NCBI RefSeq assembly: GCF_900128735.1
Contig: NZ_LT667503.1
Span: 390,001 to 422,000, forward strand
Direction: 5' to 3'
Length of the DNA stretch: 32,000 nucleotides
DNA from: Candidatus Saccharimonadota bacterium
GTDB lineage: Bacteria; Pseudomonadota; Gammaproteobacteria; Enterobacterales; Enterobacteriaceae
The notes beneath the pieces were generated by a model that saw nothing but the letters and a program-made list of their open reading frames with translations, did no database searches and was not told where the DNA came from. Both the position numbers and the translations under genes were made by a program. This document shows positions 1 through 11,965 of the stretch, one piece after another; the first letter of the stretch is position 1; every line of letters begins with the position of its first letter.

Positions 1-210
1 TGGTTTTCCTTGAAAATATTTTAATATTATTTCTAATAATAAATGTGTTTTTTTATACACATGATAATTTAAAATATATCCTTCACGTTTTAAAACTTGA
101 ACAATATTTTTTTTTAACTTAGAAAAAGGAACTATAACAGATATTTTATTTGCTAATTGTCCATTACGAATATATGTAATCATGTCTGCTATGGGATCTT
201 GAATGCTCAT
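1..210 (-). CDS. rpsH: 30S ribosomal protein S8, N-terminal part (gene continues past the window start)
   Basis: Hand translation of the reverse complement from ATG at 210-208 gives [51 protein letters not shown]...KYFQGKP. This is colinear with E. coli S8 (MSMQDPIADMLTRIRNGQ...). It sits upstream of rpsN as in the spc operon. Confidence 0.85.
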   Translation of the reverse strand, partial: MSIQDPIADMITYIRNGQLANKISVIVPFSKLKKNIVQVLKREGYILNYHVYKKTHLLLEIILKYFQGKP

Positions 211-259
211 AAAGATTTTTCTCACTTCTATAAATAAAATAATATTTTTTGATAGACTA

Positions 260-565
260 TTACCAACTAGCTTTCGTTAATCCTGGTATTTCTCCTCTCA
301 TCGCCGATTCTCTTAATTTCATGCGACTTAAACCAAATTTTCTTAAAAATGCATGAGGACGCCCAGTTTGTCTACAACGATTACGTTGTCTTGATGGACT
401 AGAATCTCTCGGTAAAGTCTGTAATTTTAACATGGCATTCCATCGATCTTTTTCTAAAGCTTGACAATCTATTATAATTTTTTTTAATTGACATCGTAAT
501 ATATGAAATTTTGCAGCTAATTTAATACGTTTTATTTCACGCGCTTTCATAGATTGTTTAGCCAT
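260..565 (-). CDS. rpsN: 30S ribosomal protein S14
   Basis: 101-aa ORF starting [13 protein letters not shown] and ending [12 protein letters not shown], the typical S14 termini. Spc operon position between rpsH and rplE. Confidence 0.95.
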   Translation of the reverse strand: MAKQSMKAREIKRIKLAAKFHILRCQLKKIIIDCQALEKDRWNAMLKLQTLPRDSSPSRQRNRCRQTGRPHAFLRKFGLSRMKLRESAMRGEIPGLTKASW

Positions 566-610
566 TTTTTTAATCTCTTATGTTTTATTCTATTAAATAA
601 ATATATTTTT

Positions 611-1156
611 TTATTTTCGAAAAGGAAAATTAAACGCTGATAATAATGCTCTTCCTTCTATATCTGATCGAGCTTTCATAGTTAATGTAATATCCATTCC
701 TCTTATATTATCAATTTTATCATAATTAATTTCAGGAAAAATAATTTGTTCACGTATACCTAAACTATAATTTCCGCGTCCATCAAATGAACGAAGAGGC
801 ATACCTCGAAAATCACGAATTCGAGGGATAGCTATAGTTATTAACTTATCAAAAAAATCCCACTTTCTATTTCCTCTTAATGTGACTTTACATCCAATAG
901 GATATCCTTGCCGAATTTTAAAATTCGCAATCGATTTTTTTGCTAAGGTAACAATAGGTTTTTGACCAGAAATTAACATTAAATCATTAATAGCATTATT
1001 TAATACCTTTTTATCTGCAATAGATTTTCCAAGACCCATATTTAATGTTATTTTTTTAATTTGCGGAACTTCCATCACTGTTGTATAATGAAATTTCTCC
1101 ATTAACATAGGAATAACATTAATAATATAATAAGACTTTAATCGTGCGATTAACAT
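611..1156 (-). CDS. rplE: 50S ribosomal protein L5
   Basis: 181-aa ORF. The segment [19 protein letters not shown]...[16 protein letters not shown] matches L5. Synteny agrees. Confidence 0.95.
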   Translation of the reverse strand: MLIARLKSYYIINVIPMLMEKFHYTTVMEVPQIKKITLNMGLGKSIADKKVLNNAINDLMLISGQKPIVTLAKKSIANFKIRQGYPIGCKVTLRGNRKWDFFDKLITIAIPRIRDFRGMPLRSFDGRGNYSLGIREQIIFPEINYDKIDNIRGMDITLTMKARSDIEGRALLSAFNFPFRK

Positions 1157-1175
1157 TACAAAAAACTCCTAATTT

Positions 1176-1490
1176 TTAAATAATTTGATTATTTGATTTA
1201 AAGACGCGCACTTTCTTATTATTGATCCAAAGAAATTTAATTTTTTCTTTTTTATTATTTTTTTTATTAAAAAAAGCTAAATTAGAAATATCAATCAAAG
1301 ATTCTTTATTTATTATACCGCTTTTTTTTTGTTTTGAAGGCGCCGATTTTTGATGTTTTTTTACCATATTAATATTTTCAACAATTGCTTTATTAATAAC
1401 AGGATAAATATACTTTACAATTCCAGTTTTTCCTTTATCTCTTCCCGTTAAAACTATCACTAAATCATTTTTACGTATTTTAGCAGACAT
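1176..1490 (-). CDS. rplX: 50S ribosomal protein L24
   Basis: 104-aa ORF starting MSAKIRKNDLVIVLTGRDKGKTG (KOW motif). Lies between rplN and rplE. Contains an in-frame sense A9 tract (1322-1330). Confidence 0.93.
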   Translation of the reverse strand: MSAKIRKNDLVIVLTGRDKGKTGIVKYIYPVINKAIVENINMVKKHQKSAPSKQKKSGIINKESLIDISNLAFFNKKNNKKEKIKFLWINNKKVRVFKSNNQII

Positions 1491-1506
1491 ATTTTTACCT
1501 TATTTT

Positions 1507-1878
1507 TTATAATACCTCAGGAGCTAAAGATATAATCTTCATAAAAGATTCATTACGTAATTCTCTAGTAACTGGACCGAAAATACGAGTTCCTATTGGT
1601 TGTCCCGTACTATCATTTAAAATAACACAAGCATTTTTATCAAATCGAATTGTAGAACCATCAGAACGACTAATTCCTTTTTTAGTACGTACCACAACAG
1701 CCTTCATAACATCGCCTTTTTTCACTTTACTACGAGGAATAGCATCTTTAATCGCCACCTTAATTATATCACCAATATTAGCATATCGACGACGTGAACC
1801 TCCTAATACTTTTATACACATAGCTAATTTTGCACCAGAATTATCCGCAATATATAAAATTGTTTGCACTTGAATCAT
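1507..1878 (-). CDS. rplN: 50S ribosomal protein L14
   Basis: 123-aa ORF starting [17 protein letters not shown] and ending ISLAPEVL, near-identical in layout to E. coli L14. Confidence 0.96.
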   Translation of the reverse strand: MIQVQTILYIADNSGAKLAMCIKVLGGSRRRYANIGDIIKVAIKDAIPRSKVKKGDVMKAVVVRTKKGISRSDGSTIRFDKNACVILNDSTGQPIGTRIFGPVTRELRNESFMKIISLAPEVL

Positions 1879-1956
1879 AATAAACCTCTTTATTAAAGTT
1901 ATATTTCGTTATATATATAATTAAAAAAAATAAATAAATTATAAAAATAACAACGA

Positions 1957-1990
1957 AGACATGATATTTTTTATTAAACTATTCATGTCT
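1957..1990 (-). terminator. Candidate hairpin at the S10/spc operon boundary
   Basis: Inverted repeat agacatga (1957-1964) / tcatgtct (1983-1990), an 8-bp stem with an 18-nt loop. It lies 21 nt downstream of the rpsQ stop and is followed on the sense strand by a U-rich run. In E. coli the S10 operon ends and the spc operon starts between rpsQ and rplN. The large loop and A/T-rich context make this weak. Confidence 0.25.
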
Positions 1991-2010
1991 CCTGAATATT
2001 AAATTATACT

Positions 2011-2265
2011 TTAATGTATTGATTTTTTTAATATACGGACTAATATCCACGTTTTAGTTTTAGATCTTGGACGGCATTCACAAATTTCAACTAAATCCCC
2101 AAGAGAACAAAAATTTTTTTCATCATGTACGTGTAATTTTGTCTGTTTATTAATAAATTTTTTATATATAGGATGTTTTATTCGACGATTTATTTTGACT
2201 ACTATAGATTTTTTCATTTTATTACTAGTCACATATCCCTGTAAAATATTCTTTTTTTTAATCAT
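2011..2265 (-). CDS. rpsQ: 30S ribosomal protein S17
   Basis: 84-aa ORF. The segment [30 protein letters not shown] matches S17. Its start overlaps the rpmC stop by 4 nt (ATGA). Confidence 0.94.
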   Translation of the reverse strand: MIKKKNILQGYVTSNKMKKSIVVKINRRIKHPIYKKFINKQTKLHVHDEKNFCSLGDLVEICECRPRSKTKTWILVRILKKSIH

Positions 2266-2450
2266 ATAACTTTTATCCGATGTGTTAATACAGTTTTTAT
2301 ACGTGCAATATTACATTTAACTTGTTTTATTAAATGAAATTTCTTTAACTTGCCCGAAGAAAGTTGTAAACGTAAATTTAATTTTTCTTTTAATAACCTA
2401 ACTAACAATTGATTCAATTCTAAAGTATCTTTTTCATCTAATTTTTTCAT
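2262..2450 (-). CDS. rpmC: 50S ribosomal protein L29
   Basis: 62-aa ORF of L29 size, in the L29 position between rplP and rpsQ. Contains [10 protein letters not shown]-type helix. Confidence 0.88.
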   Translation of the reverse strand: MKKLDEKDTLELNQLLVRLLKEKLNLRLQLSSGKLKKFHLIKQVKCNIARIKTVLTHRIKVI

Positions 2451-2453
2451 ACA

Positions 2454-2864
2454 TTACATAACCGTTTTTAATATAAAAGTAGTTTTAATAGGTAATTTTG
2501 ATGCAGCTAATTTAAATGCAATACGAGATTCAGCTTCAGATATACCATTAATTTCATATAAAATTTTTCCTGGTTGAATTAAAGCAACCCAATATTCAAC
2601 ATTTCCTTTACCTTTTCCCATTCGTACTTCTAATGGTTTTTGAGTAATCGGCTTATCCGGAAAAATGCGAATCCAAACTTTACCTTGACGTTTTATCGAC
2701 CTTGTAATCGTACGACGCGCTGCTTCAATTTGACGAGCTGTTAATCTGCCCCTTTCTATAGCTTGTAAACCAAAACATCCAAAATGAATAGCATTTCCAA
2801 TAGATAAACCTCGATTTTTACCTTTATGCATTTTACGAAATTTAGTACGTTTAGGCTGTAACAT
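2454..2864 (-). CDS. rplP: 50S ribosomal protein L16
   Basis: 136-aa ORF starting [19 protein letters not shown], the L16 signature N-terminus. Confidence 0.96.
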   Translation of the reverse strand: MLQPKRTKFRKMHKGKNRGLSIGNAIHFGCFGLQAIERGRLTARQIEAARRTITRSIKRQGKVWIRIFPDKPITQKPLEVRMGKGKGNVEYWVALIQPGKILYEINGISEAESRIAFKLAASKLPIKTTFILKTVM

Positions 2865-2873
2865 TCATTACTC

Positions 2874-3581
2874 CTACATTTGTTTACGATATTTGCGAGA
2901 AAATTTCTTTGTAGGAACAGGCGGTGATATTTCCTTTTTGGCAAGTATCATGCCCCCTAAAATTTCACCTTTATAAATCCAAACCTTGACACCAATCACG
3001 CCATACGTCGTATGAGCTTCAGCTGTACTATATTCAATATCAGCCCTCAAGGTATGTAACGGTACTCGACCTTCACGATACCATTCTCGACGAGCAATTT
3101 CTACTCCTCCTAAGCGTCCACTAACTTCTACTTTAATCCCTTCAGCACCTTGACGCATTGCACTTTGAACAGAACGTTTCATTGCTCGACGAAACATAAT
3201 TCTTCTTTCTAATTGTGATGCAATATTATTAGCAACTAATTTTGCATCTAATTCAGGTTTACGTATTTCTGAAATATTAATCTGTACCGGAACTTGAGCG
3301 ATTTTAAAAATTTTTACTCTAAGCTTTTCTACATCTTCTCCTTTTCGTCCAATAACAATTCCAGGACGCGCAGTATATATAGTAATTCTAATACTTTTAG
3401 ATGGCCGCTCAATAACAATTCTTGATATAGACGCTTTAATTAATGTTTTTGTTAAAAAAGAACGCACCTGAAAATCACTATCCAAATAATTTGGAAATTC
3501 TTTTTTACTTGCGAACCATATGGAATCCCAAGATTTAATAATTCCTAATCTCATCCCATTTGGATGTACTTTTTGACCCAT
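2874..3581 (-). CDS. rpsC: 30S ribosomal protein S3
   Basis: 235-aa ORF starting [14 protein letters not shown], with KH-domain segment [11 protein letters not shown]. Synteny agrees. Confidence 0.96.
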   Translation of the reverse strand: MGQKVHPNGMRLGIIKSWDSIWFASKKEFPNYLDSDFQVRSFLTKTLIKASISRIVIERPSKSIRITIYTARPGIVIGRKGEDVEKLRVKIFKIAQVPVQINISEIRKPELDAKLVANNIASQLERRIMFRRAMKRSVQSAMRQGAEGIKVEVSGRLGGVEIARREWYREGRVPLHTLRADIEYSTAEAHTTYGVIGVKVWIYKGEILGGMILAKKEISPPVPTKKFSRKYRKQM

Positions 3582-3583
3582 TA

Positions 3584-3940
3584 TTATTCTCCGGAATGTA
3601 TAGCAATATCAGATAATATAATTGTAATATGACTAGTTCGTTTTAAAATTCTATCTGCACGACCTTTTGCTCTTGGCATCATCCGCTTCATCACAGGACC
3701 ACTATTTATAAAAATTTTAGAAACAACTAAAAATTCTTTTTTAAATCCATAATTATTACTTGCATTCGATATAGCAGATTTTAAAACTTTTGAAACTAAA
3801 TTAGCTGCTTTTTTATTAACTGTTGATAAAATTTTCTTAGCTAATAAGACACGTTTTCCTCGAATAAGATTTGCAACTAATCGTATCTTTTGCGCAGAAG
3901 AACGCGCTTGTTTATGTATAGCGCATATATTCATTTGCAA
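3584..3940 (-). CDS. rplV: 50S ribosomal protein L22
   Basis: 118-aa ORF. The segments [18 protein letters not shown] and [20 protein letters not shown] match L22. The true start may be the second Met at 3934. Confidence 0.93.
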   Translation of the reverse strand: MQMNICAIHKQARSSAQKIRLVANLIRGKRVLLAKKILSTVNKKAANLVSKVLKSAISNASNNYGFKKEFLVVSKIFINSGPVMKRMMPRAKGRADRILKRTSHITIILSDIAIHSGE

Positions 3941-3959
3941 TCAAATCCTCTCTAATAAT

Positions 3960-4244
3960 TTACTTTAATGTTTTTTTAATTTTTTTATCTGCAGTATGTC
4001 CGCGATATGTGCGAGTAATTGCAAATTCTCCTAATTTATGACCTACCATTTCTTCTGTAATAAAAACAGGAATATGTTGACGACCATTATGTACAGATAT
4101 AGTTAAACCAATCATATCAGGGAAAATAGTTGAACGTCTAGACCAAGTCCGTATTGATTTTTTACTTTTCTTCTTTAAAGATCTTTGAACTTTTTCAAAT
4201 AAATGAAAATCTATAAAAGGGCCTTTTTTAAGGGAACGCGGCAT
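3960..4244 (-). CDS. rpsS: 30S ribosomal protein S19
   Basis: 94-aa ORF starting [12 protein letters not shown], with GHKLGEF.TRTY.GH further on. Confidence 0.96.
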   Translation of the reverse strand: MPRSLKKGPFIDFHLFEKVQRSLKKKSKKSIRTWSRRSTIFPDMIGLTISVHNGRQHIPVFITEEMVGHKLGEFAITRTYRGHTADKKIKKTLK

Positions 4245-4258
4245 ATATCTTTTTCCTA

Positions 4259-5080
4259 TTATTTAATTCGACGACGTACAATAAATCTCTCAGTCCGTTT
4301 ATTTTTTCTTGTTTTATAACCTTTTGTTTTTAAACCCCAAGGACTAACCGGATGTTTACCAAAATTTCTACCTTCACCACCACCATGAGGATGATCAACA
4401 GGATTCATAGCAGTTCCGCGTACAGTTGGACGAATACCGCATCGACGTGACGCACCAGCTTTTCCTAAAACACGTAACATATGTTCAGAATTGCCTACTT
4501 CACCGATTGTTGCTCGACATTCTATATGTACTTTTCGTAATTCTCCAGATCTTAATCGTATTGTGGCATATCTAATATCCCGAGATAAAAGTTGTGCATG
4601 ACTTCCAGCTGAACGAGCAATTTGACCACCTTTACCTCGTTTCATTTCTATATTATGAATCACAGTACCTATAGGAATATTTTTAAGAGGTAATGCATTA
4701 CCTATATTAATAACAGCTTTCGATCCAGATTGTATTTGATCTCCTATTTTAATGCCTTTAGGTTCTAAAATATAACTTCTACTACCGTCTTTATATAATA
4801 ACAAAACAATATTTGCAGATCGATTAGGGTCGTACTCTATAGTTTTTACAATTGCACTAATTCCATCTTTTTTTCTTTTAAAATCTAATATACGATATAA
4901 TTTTTTATGACCTCCACCTATATGTCGAGTAGTAATTCGGCCATGATTATTTCTACCTCCTGTTTTATTTTTTTTTTGTAATAAAGGACTATATGCTTTA
5001 CCTTTAAATAAATTTTTACATACTACCTTAATAACATGACGTCTCCCTGGAGAAGTAGGTTTGCAACGTATAATTGTCAT
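4259..5080 (-). CDS. rplB: 50S ribosomal protein L2
   Basis: 273-aa ORF containing RHIGGGHKK and [14 protein letters not shown]. Contains an in-frame sense A10 tract (4968-4977). Confidence 0.97.
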   Translation of the reverse strand: MTIIRCKPTSPGRRHVIKVVCKNLFKGKAYSPLLQKKNKTGGRNNHGRITTRHIGGGHKKLYRILDFKRKKDGISAIVKTIEYDPNRSANIVLLLYKDGSRSYILEPKGIKIGDQIQSGSKAVINIGNALPLKNIPIGTVIHNIEMKRGKGGQIARSAGSHAQLLSRDIRYATIRLRSGELRKVHIECRATIGEVGNSEHMLRVLGKAGASRRCGIRPTVRGTAMNPVDHPHGGGEGRNFGKHPVSPWGLKTKGYKTRKNKRTERFIVRRRIK

Positions 5081-5096
5081 AAATACTCCTTTATAA

Positions 5097-5399
5097 TTAT
5101 TCTTTATGGCCTAAAAAATTTAAATCTTGTCCTGATTTTAAAATAATATATGCTTTTTTCCAATTATGACCTTTAACCACTTTATTATTTTTACGTTTTT
5201 TTTTTCCTTTCACTAACATAGAATTAACTTTTTTAACAGAAACTTGAAATAATTTTTCAATCGCAATTTTTATTTCAAATTTTGTCGCATTTTTTAAAAC
5301 CTTTAAAATGACTGTGTTATTTTTTTGTACACTTATTGAAGTTTTTTCTGATACATGTGGTGAGACTAATACACTTAATAATCGTTCTTCAGCAATCAT
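5097..5399 (-). CDS. rplW: 50S ribosomal protein L23
   Basis: 100-aa ORF of L23 size and position. Contains SPHVSEKTS. Start overlaps the rplD stop by 4 nt. In-frame sense A10 tract at 5196-5205. Confidence 0.9.
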   Translation of the reverse strand: MIAEERLLSVLVSPHVSEKTSISVQKNNTVILKVLKNATKFEIKIAIEKLFQVSVKKVNSMLVKGKKKRKNNKVVKGHNWKKAYIILKSGQDLNFLGHKE

Positions 5400-6001
5400 A
5401 AAAATAACTCCTCAATTTTTTTAATAGCTAAAGCGGTAATAATAAAATTATGATAAGAAATTAATTTTAATGGATTAATTTTAGAAATATGTACAACATC
5501 TATTTTATATAGATTTTTTGAAGCATATAATAAATTTTTATCTATATGATGTGTAATAATTAATGCATTATTAATTTTTAAAGATTTTAAAAAATCTAAT
5601 AAAATTTTTGTTTTTGGTAACTCTATATCGAATTTATTAAAAATTAATAAACGATTTTGCCGAATTAATTCAGAAAAAATACTTTTTATTGCTCCGCGAT
5701 ACATTTTTCTATTAATTTTCTGTGTATAATCTTTTGGTTTAGAAGCAAAGGTTACACCTCCAGACCGCCATATAGGACTTCTAAAAGACCCTGCTCGTGC
5801 TCGTCCGGTTCCTTTTTGTCGCCATGGTTTTTTTCCAGATCCCGATACCTCCGCTCTACTTTTTTGAGATTTGCTACCTTGTCGTCGACTAGATAAATAG
5901 GAGTTTACTACTTGATGAATTAAAGGTTCATTAAATGCTTTTCCAAATACATAATCAGAAATTGTTAACATCTTTTCTAAATCTTGAATTTCTATTTCCA
6001 T
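5396..6001 (-). CDS. rplD: 50S ribosomal protein L4
   Basis: 201-aa ORF. The segment [30 protein letters not shown] matches L4. Confidence 0.95.
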   Translation of the reverse strand: MEIEIQDLEKMLTISDYVFGKAFNEPLIHQVVNSYLSSRRQGSKSQKSRAEVSGSGKKPWRQKGTGRARAGSFRSPIWRSGGVTFASKPKDYTQKINRKMYRGAIKSIFSELIRQNRLLIFNKFDIELPKTKILLDFLKSLKINNALIITHHIDKNLLYASKNLYKIDVVHISKINPLKLISYHNFIITALAIKKIEELFL

Positions 6002-6008
6002 ATTTTTA

Positions 6009-6650
6009 TCAACTCCTACTATATTTTTTAACAGCTGGTTTAATTATGACATAATTTCCATTAAATCCAGGTATCGCTCCTTTTATTAAAAGAAGATGTT
6101 TTACTTGATCTATTTTAATAATTTTTAAATTTTGAATAGTCACACGCTCATGACCTAAATGACCAGACATTTTTTTCCCTTTAAAAACACGACCCGGAGT
6201 TTGATTTTGACCAATTGATCCCGGAGCTCTATGCGATAAAGAATTTCCATGAGTAGCATCTTGCATACGAAAATTCCAACGTTTTACTGTACCAGAAAAA
6301 CCTTTTCCTTTAGAAGAACCGGTTATATCTACCATTTTTATTGAAGATAATAAACTTAAAGAAATTACTTGTTTAATTTTATAACGTTCGATATGATTAG
6401 TCCTAAATTCCCATAATCCACAACCAACATTTACTCCAGCTTTTAAAAAATGCCCTTTTTCTGGTTTTAAGATATGATTTTTTTTTTTCATACCTGTGGT
6501 TACTTGTACTGCATTATAAGAATCAGTACGAAAAAATTTAATTTGTGTTATAATATTTTCTAAAACTTCAATTACGGAGACAGGAACTGACATACCATCA
6601 TCTAAAAAAATGCGAGTCATTCCTATTTTTTTACCAACTAAACCTATCAT
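6009..6650 (-). CDS. rplC: 50S ribosomal protein L3
   Basis: 213-aa ORF starting [15 protein letters not shown], with [13 protein letters not shown] further on. In-frame sense A11 tract at 6478-6488. Confidence 0.96.
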   Translation of the reverse strand: MIGLVGKKIGMTRIFLDDGMSVPVSVIEVLENIITQIKFFRTDSYNAVQVTTGMKKKNHILKPEKGHFLKAGVNVGCGLWEFRTNHIERYKIKQVISLSLLSSIKMVDITGSSKGKGFSGTVKRWNFRMQDATHGNSLSHRAPGSIGQNQTPGRVFKGKKMSGHLGHERVTIQNLKIIKIDQVKHLLLIKGAIPGFNGNYVIIKPAVKKYSRS

Positions 6651-6698
6651 ATCATGTATACCTTTATGATTGAATATATAAAAATGAAATAAAACTCT

Positions 6699-7016
<318 letters not shown>

Positions 7017-7164
7017 CTAAAAAACTCCCTAAAAAAGAGAAAATATACAAAATATATATGTTCTATAATTTTTTTAAATTAAAAAATAATATAAGATATT
7101 TAATAAAAAATATTTGTGTTAATATTCTTATTGCAATCAAATACTTCAAAAAATTTATTTTTAT

Positions 7165-7209
7165 GTCAAGATAAGAGCTGTTGAACTCCAATCTTGACGT
7201 ATTCAAGAT
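7165..7209 (-). promoter_or_regulatory. Three-segment inverted repeat able to form two mutually exclusive hairpins (tuf terminator and/or S10-operon leader element)
   Basis: Plus-strand segments: gtcaagat (7165-7172), atcttgac (7191-7198) and tcaagat (7203-7209). The middle segment can pair with either neighbour, giving an 8-bp stem with an 18-nt loop or a 7-bp stem with a 5-nt loop. It lies in the 228-nt tuf-rpsJ spacer. Confidence 0.3.
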
Positions 7210-7241
7210 ATATTAATAAATAAAAAAAATTTACAATAATA

Positions 7242-8426
7242 TTACTCAAGTACTTTTACAACAACACCTGCTCCTACAGTACGACCGCCTTCTCGAATTG
7301 CAAAACGTAATCCATCTGCCATAGCAATTGGATGTATTAATGTCACAATCATTTTAATATTATCGCCCGGCATAACCATTTCAATATCTTCAGGTAATTC
7401 AATAAAACCAGTCACATCTGTTGTACGAAAATAAAATTGAGGACGGTATCCTTTAAAAAAAGGTGTATGTCGACCCCCTTCTTCTTTTGATAAAATATAT
7501 ACTTCTGACTCGAATTTAATATGAGGATGAATTGTTCCAGGTTTAGCTAATACTTGTCCTCGCTCAATATCTTCTCTTTTAGTGCCTCTTAACAAAATTC
7601 CTACATTTTCTCCTGCGCGACCTTCGTCTAATAATTTACGAAACATTTCCACACCAGTACAAATTGTTTTAGTTGTAGCTCGAATCCCCACTATTTCTAC
7701 TTCTTCACCGACCTTTACAATGCCACGTTCTATACGTCCTGTAACTACGGTTCCACGTCCAGAAATAGAAAAAACATCTTCAATTGGTAATAAAAATGGT
7801 GCATCAATAGTTCTAATAGGTACAGGAATATACGAATCCAAAGCAGCTGCAAGATCAATAATTTTATCTTCCCAGATTTTTTCACCTTCTAATGCCTTTA
7901 AAGCTGAACCGCGAATAATCGGAATATCATCACCTGGAAAATCATATTGAGTTAATAAATCACGAACCTCCATTTCCACTAACTCTAATAATTCTTCATC
8001 ATCCACCATATCGCATTTATTTAAAAAAACAATTATATGCGGTACTCCTACTTGTCGACCTAATAAAATATGTTCTCTTGTTTGTGGCATAGGTCCGTCT
8101 GTAGCAGCAACTACTAAAATCGCTCCATCCATTTGCGCTGCACCAGTAATCATATTTTTAATATAATCCGCATGACCCGGACAATCTACATGAGCATAGT
8201 GTCTAACATTAGTATCATATTCTACGTGCGATGTATTAATAGTAATGCCTCTTGCTTTTTCTTCGGGAGCATTATCAATTTGTTCAAATGCACAGGCATG
8301 TCCACCAAACTTTTTAGATAAAACAGTCGTAATAGCTGCTGTTAATGTTGTTTTGCCATGATCTACATGACCAATAGTACCTACATTAATATGTGGTTTT
8401 GAACGAGTAAATTTTTTTTTAGACAC
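7242..8426 (-). CDS. tuf: Elongation factor Tu
   Basis: 394-aa ORF with GTG start followed by SKKKF, as in E. coli tufA. Contains [15 protein letters not shown] and NKCD GTPase motifs. Lies directly downstream of fusA. Confidence 0.98.
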   Translation of the reverse strand: MSKKKFTRSKPHINVGTIGHVDHGKTTLTAAITTVLSKKFGGHACAFEQIDNAPEEKARGITINTSHVEYDTNVRHYAHVDCPGHADYIKNMITGAAQMDGAILVVAATDGPMPQTREHILLGRQVGVPHIIVFLNKCDMVDDEELLELVEMEVRDLLTQYDFPGDDIPIIRGSALKALEGEKIWEDKIIDLAAALDSYIPVPIRTIDAPFLLPIEDVFSISGRGTVVTGRIERGIVKVGEEVEIVGIRATTKTICTGVEMFRKLLDEGRAGENVGILLRGTKREDIERGQVLAKPGTIHPHIKFESEVYILSKEEGGRHTPFFKGYRPQFYFRTTDVTGFIELPEDIEMVMPGDNIKMIVTLIHPIAMADGLRFAIREGGRTVGAGVVVKVLE

Positions 8427-8479
8427 AGTTAAATTTCCTTCTTTAATTTTTTATAAACCTCAAAGAAATATCAAAAAAA

Positions 8480-10591
8480 CTATGAATTTCTTAAAGATAT
8501 AATCTTATCACAAATTACACTTGGAGCTTCAGAATACTTAAAAAATTCCATAGAATAAGATGCTCGACCTTGTGTTTGAGATCTTAAATCTGTTGCATAA
8601 CCAAACATTTCAGACAAAGGAACATAAGCCTTAATACTTTTACCTCCTAAGGAATCATCATCCATTCCTTCAATAATACCGCGACGTCTATTAATATCAC
8701 CAATCACATCACCCATATAATCTTCAGGAGTTTCAATTTCTACTTTCATAATGGGTTCTAAAATAGTTGGATTTGCTAACTTAAAAGCAGATTTAAATGC
8801 ATAAGAAGCTGCCAACTTAAAAGCTAACTCTGAAGAATCAACATCATGGTAAGATCCATAGTATAAACGTATGCTTATATCCACCACTGGATAGCCAGCT
8901 AATGGACCAGATTTTAACTGTTCTTGAATTCCTTTATCAATTGCGGAAATATATTCCGTAGGTATTACGCCACCTTTAATATCATTTATAAATACATAAC
9001 CAGAATTTTTTGGTAAAGAAGGAAATAAATCAATAACAACATGACCATATTGACCTCGCCCACCAGATTGTTTAATATGCTTTCCTTCAATACCTTTAAC
9101 TAATTTACGAATAGTTTCACGATAAGATACTTGTGGTTGTCCAATATTTGCATCTACATTAAATTCTCGTCGCATACGATCAACAATAATCTCTAAATGT
9201 AATTCGCCCATACCTGCAATAATAGTTTGATGAGATTCTCTATCTGTCCATACTCTAAAAGAAGGATCTTCTTTAGCTAATCTATTTAACGCTATACCCA
9301 TTTTCTCTTGATCTGCTTTTGTTTTCGGTTCTACTGCAATAGAAATCACCGGCTCAGGAAAATCCATTTTCTCTAAAATAATTGGATGATGAATATCACA
9401 TAAAGTATCTCCAGTTGTAACATTTTTTAATCCTATCGCTGCCGCTATATCACCTGCTCGTACTTCTTTAATTTCTTCTCTTTTATTAGCATGCATTTGA
9501 ACAATACGACCAAATCTTTCTTTATGTGATTTAACAGAATTTAAAACAATATCACCAGAACGTACAACTCCTGAATAAACACGAAAAAAAGTTAAGTTAC
9601 CTACAAAAGAATCCGATGCAATTTTAAATGCTAAAGCAGAAAACGGTTGTTGATCATCTGCATTACGAAAAATATTAGGTAGGCAATTATTCTTTTGAGA
9701 TCTTTTAATTACTTTAACATCTTGCGGAGACGGTAAATATTCTATAACAGCATCTAATAATGCTTGAACTCCTTTATTTTTAAAAGCAGACCCACATGTT
9801 ACTAAAGTAATTTTATTATCTAAAACTTGTATACGTAAACCTTTTTTTATTTCTTTTTCATTTAAAAACTCTGATTCTAAATATTTTTCCATTAATTCGT
9901 CATTAGCTTCAGCAGCTACTTCAATTAAATTTTTATGCCATTTTTTTGCAAGTGATAATAAATTACTTGGAATCTCGGTATATTTAAAAGTTACTCCTTG
10001 ATCATGTTCATACCATTGAATTGCTTTCATTTTTACTAAATCAATTACACCTTGAAAATTTTCTTCTTCTCCAATAGATAATTGTATCGGTACTGCAATA
10101 GTATGTAATCGTATTTTTATCTGTTCAACAACCTTTAAAAAATTTGCTCCCATACGATCCATTTTATTAATAAATGCTATTCTTGGTACTTTATATTTAT
10201 TGGCTTGTCTCCAGACTGTTTCCGATTGAGATTGAACTCCTCCAACTGCACAATAAACCATCACTACTCCATCTAAAATACGCATGGATCGCTCAACTTC
10301 AATTGTAAAATCAACATGACCGGGTGTATCTATAATATTAATTCTATGAGGCAAAAATTGTTGAGCCATACCAGACCAAAAAGCAGTAGTTGCAGCAGAA
10401 GTAATAGTAATTCCTCGTTCTTGTTCTTGTACCATCCAGTCCATAGTTGCAGCACCATCATGCACTTCACCTATTTTATGATTCACGCCAGTATAAAACA
10501 AAATCCGTTCTGTAGTAGTTGTTTTGCCTGCATCGATATGAGCACTAATACCAATATTACGATATTGAGTAATAGGCGTTGTACGAGCCAT
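8480..10591 (-). CDS. fusA: Elongation factor G
   Basis: 703-aa ORF starting [31 protein letters not shown], with DTPGHVDF and NKMDR motifs. Str operon order. Confidence 0.98.
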   Translation of the reverse strand: MARTTPITQYRNIGISAHIDAGKTTTTERILFYTGVNHKIGEVHDGAATMDWMVQEQERGITITSAATTAFWSGMAQQFLPHRINIIDTPGHVDFTIEVERSMRILDGVVMVYCAVGGVQSQSETVWRQANKYKVPRIAFINKMDRMGANFLKVVEQIKIRLHTIAVPIQLSIGEEENFQGVIDLVKMKAIQWYEHDQGVTFKYTEIPSNLLSLAKKWHKNLIEVAAEANDELMEKYLESEFLNEKEIKKGLRIQVLDNKITLVTCGSAFKNKGVQALLDAVIEYLPSPQDVKVIKRSQKNNCLPNIFRNADDQQPFSALAFKIASDSFVGNLTFFRVYSGVVRSGDIVLNSVKSHKERFGRIVQMHANKREEIKEVRAGDIAAAIGLKNVTTGDTLCDIHHPIILEKMDFPEPVISIAVEPKTKADQEKMGIALNRLAKEDPSFRVWTDRESHQTIIAGMGELHLEIIVDRMRREFNVDANIGQPQVSYRETIRKLVKGIEGKHIKQSGGRGQYGHVVIDLFPSLPKNSGYVFINDIKGGVIPTEYISAIDKGIQEQLKSGPLAGYPVVDISIRLYYGSYHDVDSSELAFKLAASYAFKSAFKLANPTILEPIMKVEIETPEDYMGDVIGDINRRRGIIEGMDDDSLGGKSIKAYVPLSEMFGYATDLRSQTQGRASYSMEFFKYSEAPSVICDKIISLRNS

Positions 10592-10701
10592 AAAAATCCT
10601 CTATATAAAATAAAAAAATAATTTAAACTCAATGCAAAAATAATCCATATCCATCAATATAAACGCATCTTTTATATTTATAAGATCATATGTAATATTA
10701 T

Positions 10702-11172
10702 TTACCAACGATAATGTGCAAATGCTTTATTTGCTTCTGCCATTTTATGTACTTCTTCTTTTTTCCTTACTGCCGCTCCTTTACTTCCAATTGCATCTAA
10801 TAATTCATTAGTTAAGCGAAGAGACATAGATTGATCTATACGTTTCCGAGCTGCTTCTACAATCCAACGCATAGCTAAAGCATTTCTTCGTATTGGACGA
10901 ACTTCTACAGGAACTTGATAAGTTGAACCTCCAACGCGACGCGATTTTACTTCAATTACTGGTTTTACTTGATCTAAAGCTAATTCAAATGCTTCTAATT
11001 CATTTTTATGTAACTTTTTTGATATATTTTGTAAAGCAGTATAAACTATATTTTCTGCAATTGATTTTTTACCATTCACCATTAAGATATTAATAAATTT
11101 TGCTAATAATTCCGATGAAAACTTAGGATCTGGTAAAATCTTACGATTACCAATAATTCGACGACGGGGCAT
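10702..11172 (-). CDS. rpsG: 30S ribosomal protein S7
   Basis: The ORF track starts at 11190, but E. coli S7 begins MPRRRVIG. That equals the Met at 11172, which is preceded by GAGGAG 5 nt upstream. The C-terminus [10 protein letters not shown] is conserved. Confidence 0.95.
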   Translation of the reverse strand: MPRRRIIGNRKILPDPKFSSELLAKFINILMVNGKKSIAENIVYTALQNISKKLHKNELEAFELALDQVKPVIEVKSRRVGGSTYQVPVEVRPIRRNALAMRWIVEAARKRIDQSMSLRLTNELLDAIGSKGAAVRKKEEVHKMAEANKAFAHYRW

Positions 11173-11196
11173 AAAAACTCCTCTTTGCATAAATAT

Positions 11197-11571
11197 TTAT
11201 GTTTTTGATCTTTTTACTCCATATTTTGAACGACTTTTTTTACGATCTTTCACTCCAGCACAATCTAATGAACCTCTCACAATATGATATCTTACTCCAG
11301 GCAAATCTTTTACTCTACCACCACGAATTAAAATCACTGAATGTTCTTGTAAATTATGCCCTTCTCCCCCAATATATGCTGTAACTTCAAAACCATTAGT
11401 AAGTCTCACTCTACATACTTTACGTAATGCAGAATTTGGTTTTTTCGGAGTTGTCGTGTACACCCTGATACACACCCCCCTTTTCTGCGGACACCGTGAT
11501 AATGCTGGAACATTACTTTTTGTTTTTTTTTGTGTACGAGATTTTCGAACTAATTGATTTATAGTAGACAT
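11197..11571 (-). CDS. rpsL: 30S ribosomal protein S12
   Basis: 124-aa ORF starting [10 protein letters not shown], with [35 protein letters not shown] further on. Confidence 0.98.
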   Translation of the reverse strand: MSTINQLVRKSRTQKKTKSNVPALSRCPQKRGVCIRVYTTTPKKPNSALRKVCRVRLTNGFEVTAYIGGEGHNLQEHSVILIRGGRVKDLPGVRYHIVRGSLDCAGVKDRKKSRSKYGVKRSKT

Positions 11572-11672
11572 TTAAACTCCATAAAAATTATAAAAATAAA
11601 AAAAATTTATTATCTCAAAAAAGTTATAATCATCATTAAGTTAATATTATTATTTTCTTTTATAAATAATTT

Positions 11673-11960
11673 TTACCATGTTATATTTTTTTTATGTTTT
11701 ATTGTTAATTGTACAAAATAGTTATAATTAATTATTAAATCTGGTTTATGAATAAAACTATATAAACCGCGAGCATAAAGATCTTTTTTTAAAAAATAAA
11801 TTACCTTAAAAAAGGTATGAAATTTTTTTAGAAGATTATTATTATATACTCCTAAAACAACCCCATCTTGAATACAAATTAAATCATCTTTTAGAGAACT
11901 TAACGACAATAAAGAATCTATTGATATTTTATAAGGTGAATTTAATAAAATATGTAACAT
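11673..11960 (-). CDS. tusB: Sulfurtransferase complex subunit TusB (DsrH family)
   Basis: Taken from the Met at 11960, the protein reads MLHILLNSPYK...IQDGVV...LKKDLYARGL...NYNYFVQLTIKH. This is colinear with E. coli TusB (MLHTLHRSPW...LQDGV...NEDLIARGL). Position after tusC agrees. Confidence 0.85.
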   Translation of the reverse strand: MLHILLNSPYKISIDSLLSLSSLKDDLICIQDGVVLGVYNNNLLKKFHTFFKVIYFLKKDLYARGLYSFIHKPDLIINYNYFVQLTIKHKKNITW

Positions 11961-11965
11961 AATTA

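Noticed and set aside
2756-2944. 62-aa same-strand ORF overlapping the rplP start and rpsC end in another frame.
   Set aside because: It overlaps two well-supported ribosomal protein genes and has no homology or independent signals. It is a chance open frame.
7582-7950. 122-aa ORF on the plus strand inside tuf. Similar antisense or overlapping ORFs occur at 8133-8321, 10316-10621, 10893-11093, 11199-11384, 13490-13729, 16445-16636, 18200-18409, 21373-21555 and 29901-30170.
   Set aside because: All lie entirely within, and antisense to, strongly conserved genes. They have low-complexity or Ser/Pro/Ile-rich translations with no recognisable family. They are the expected shadow ORFs of real genes.
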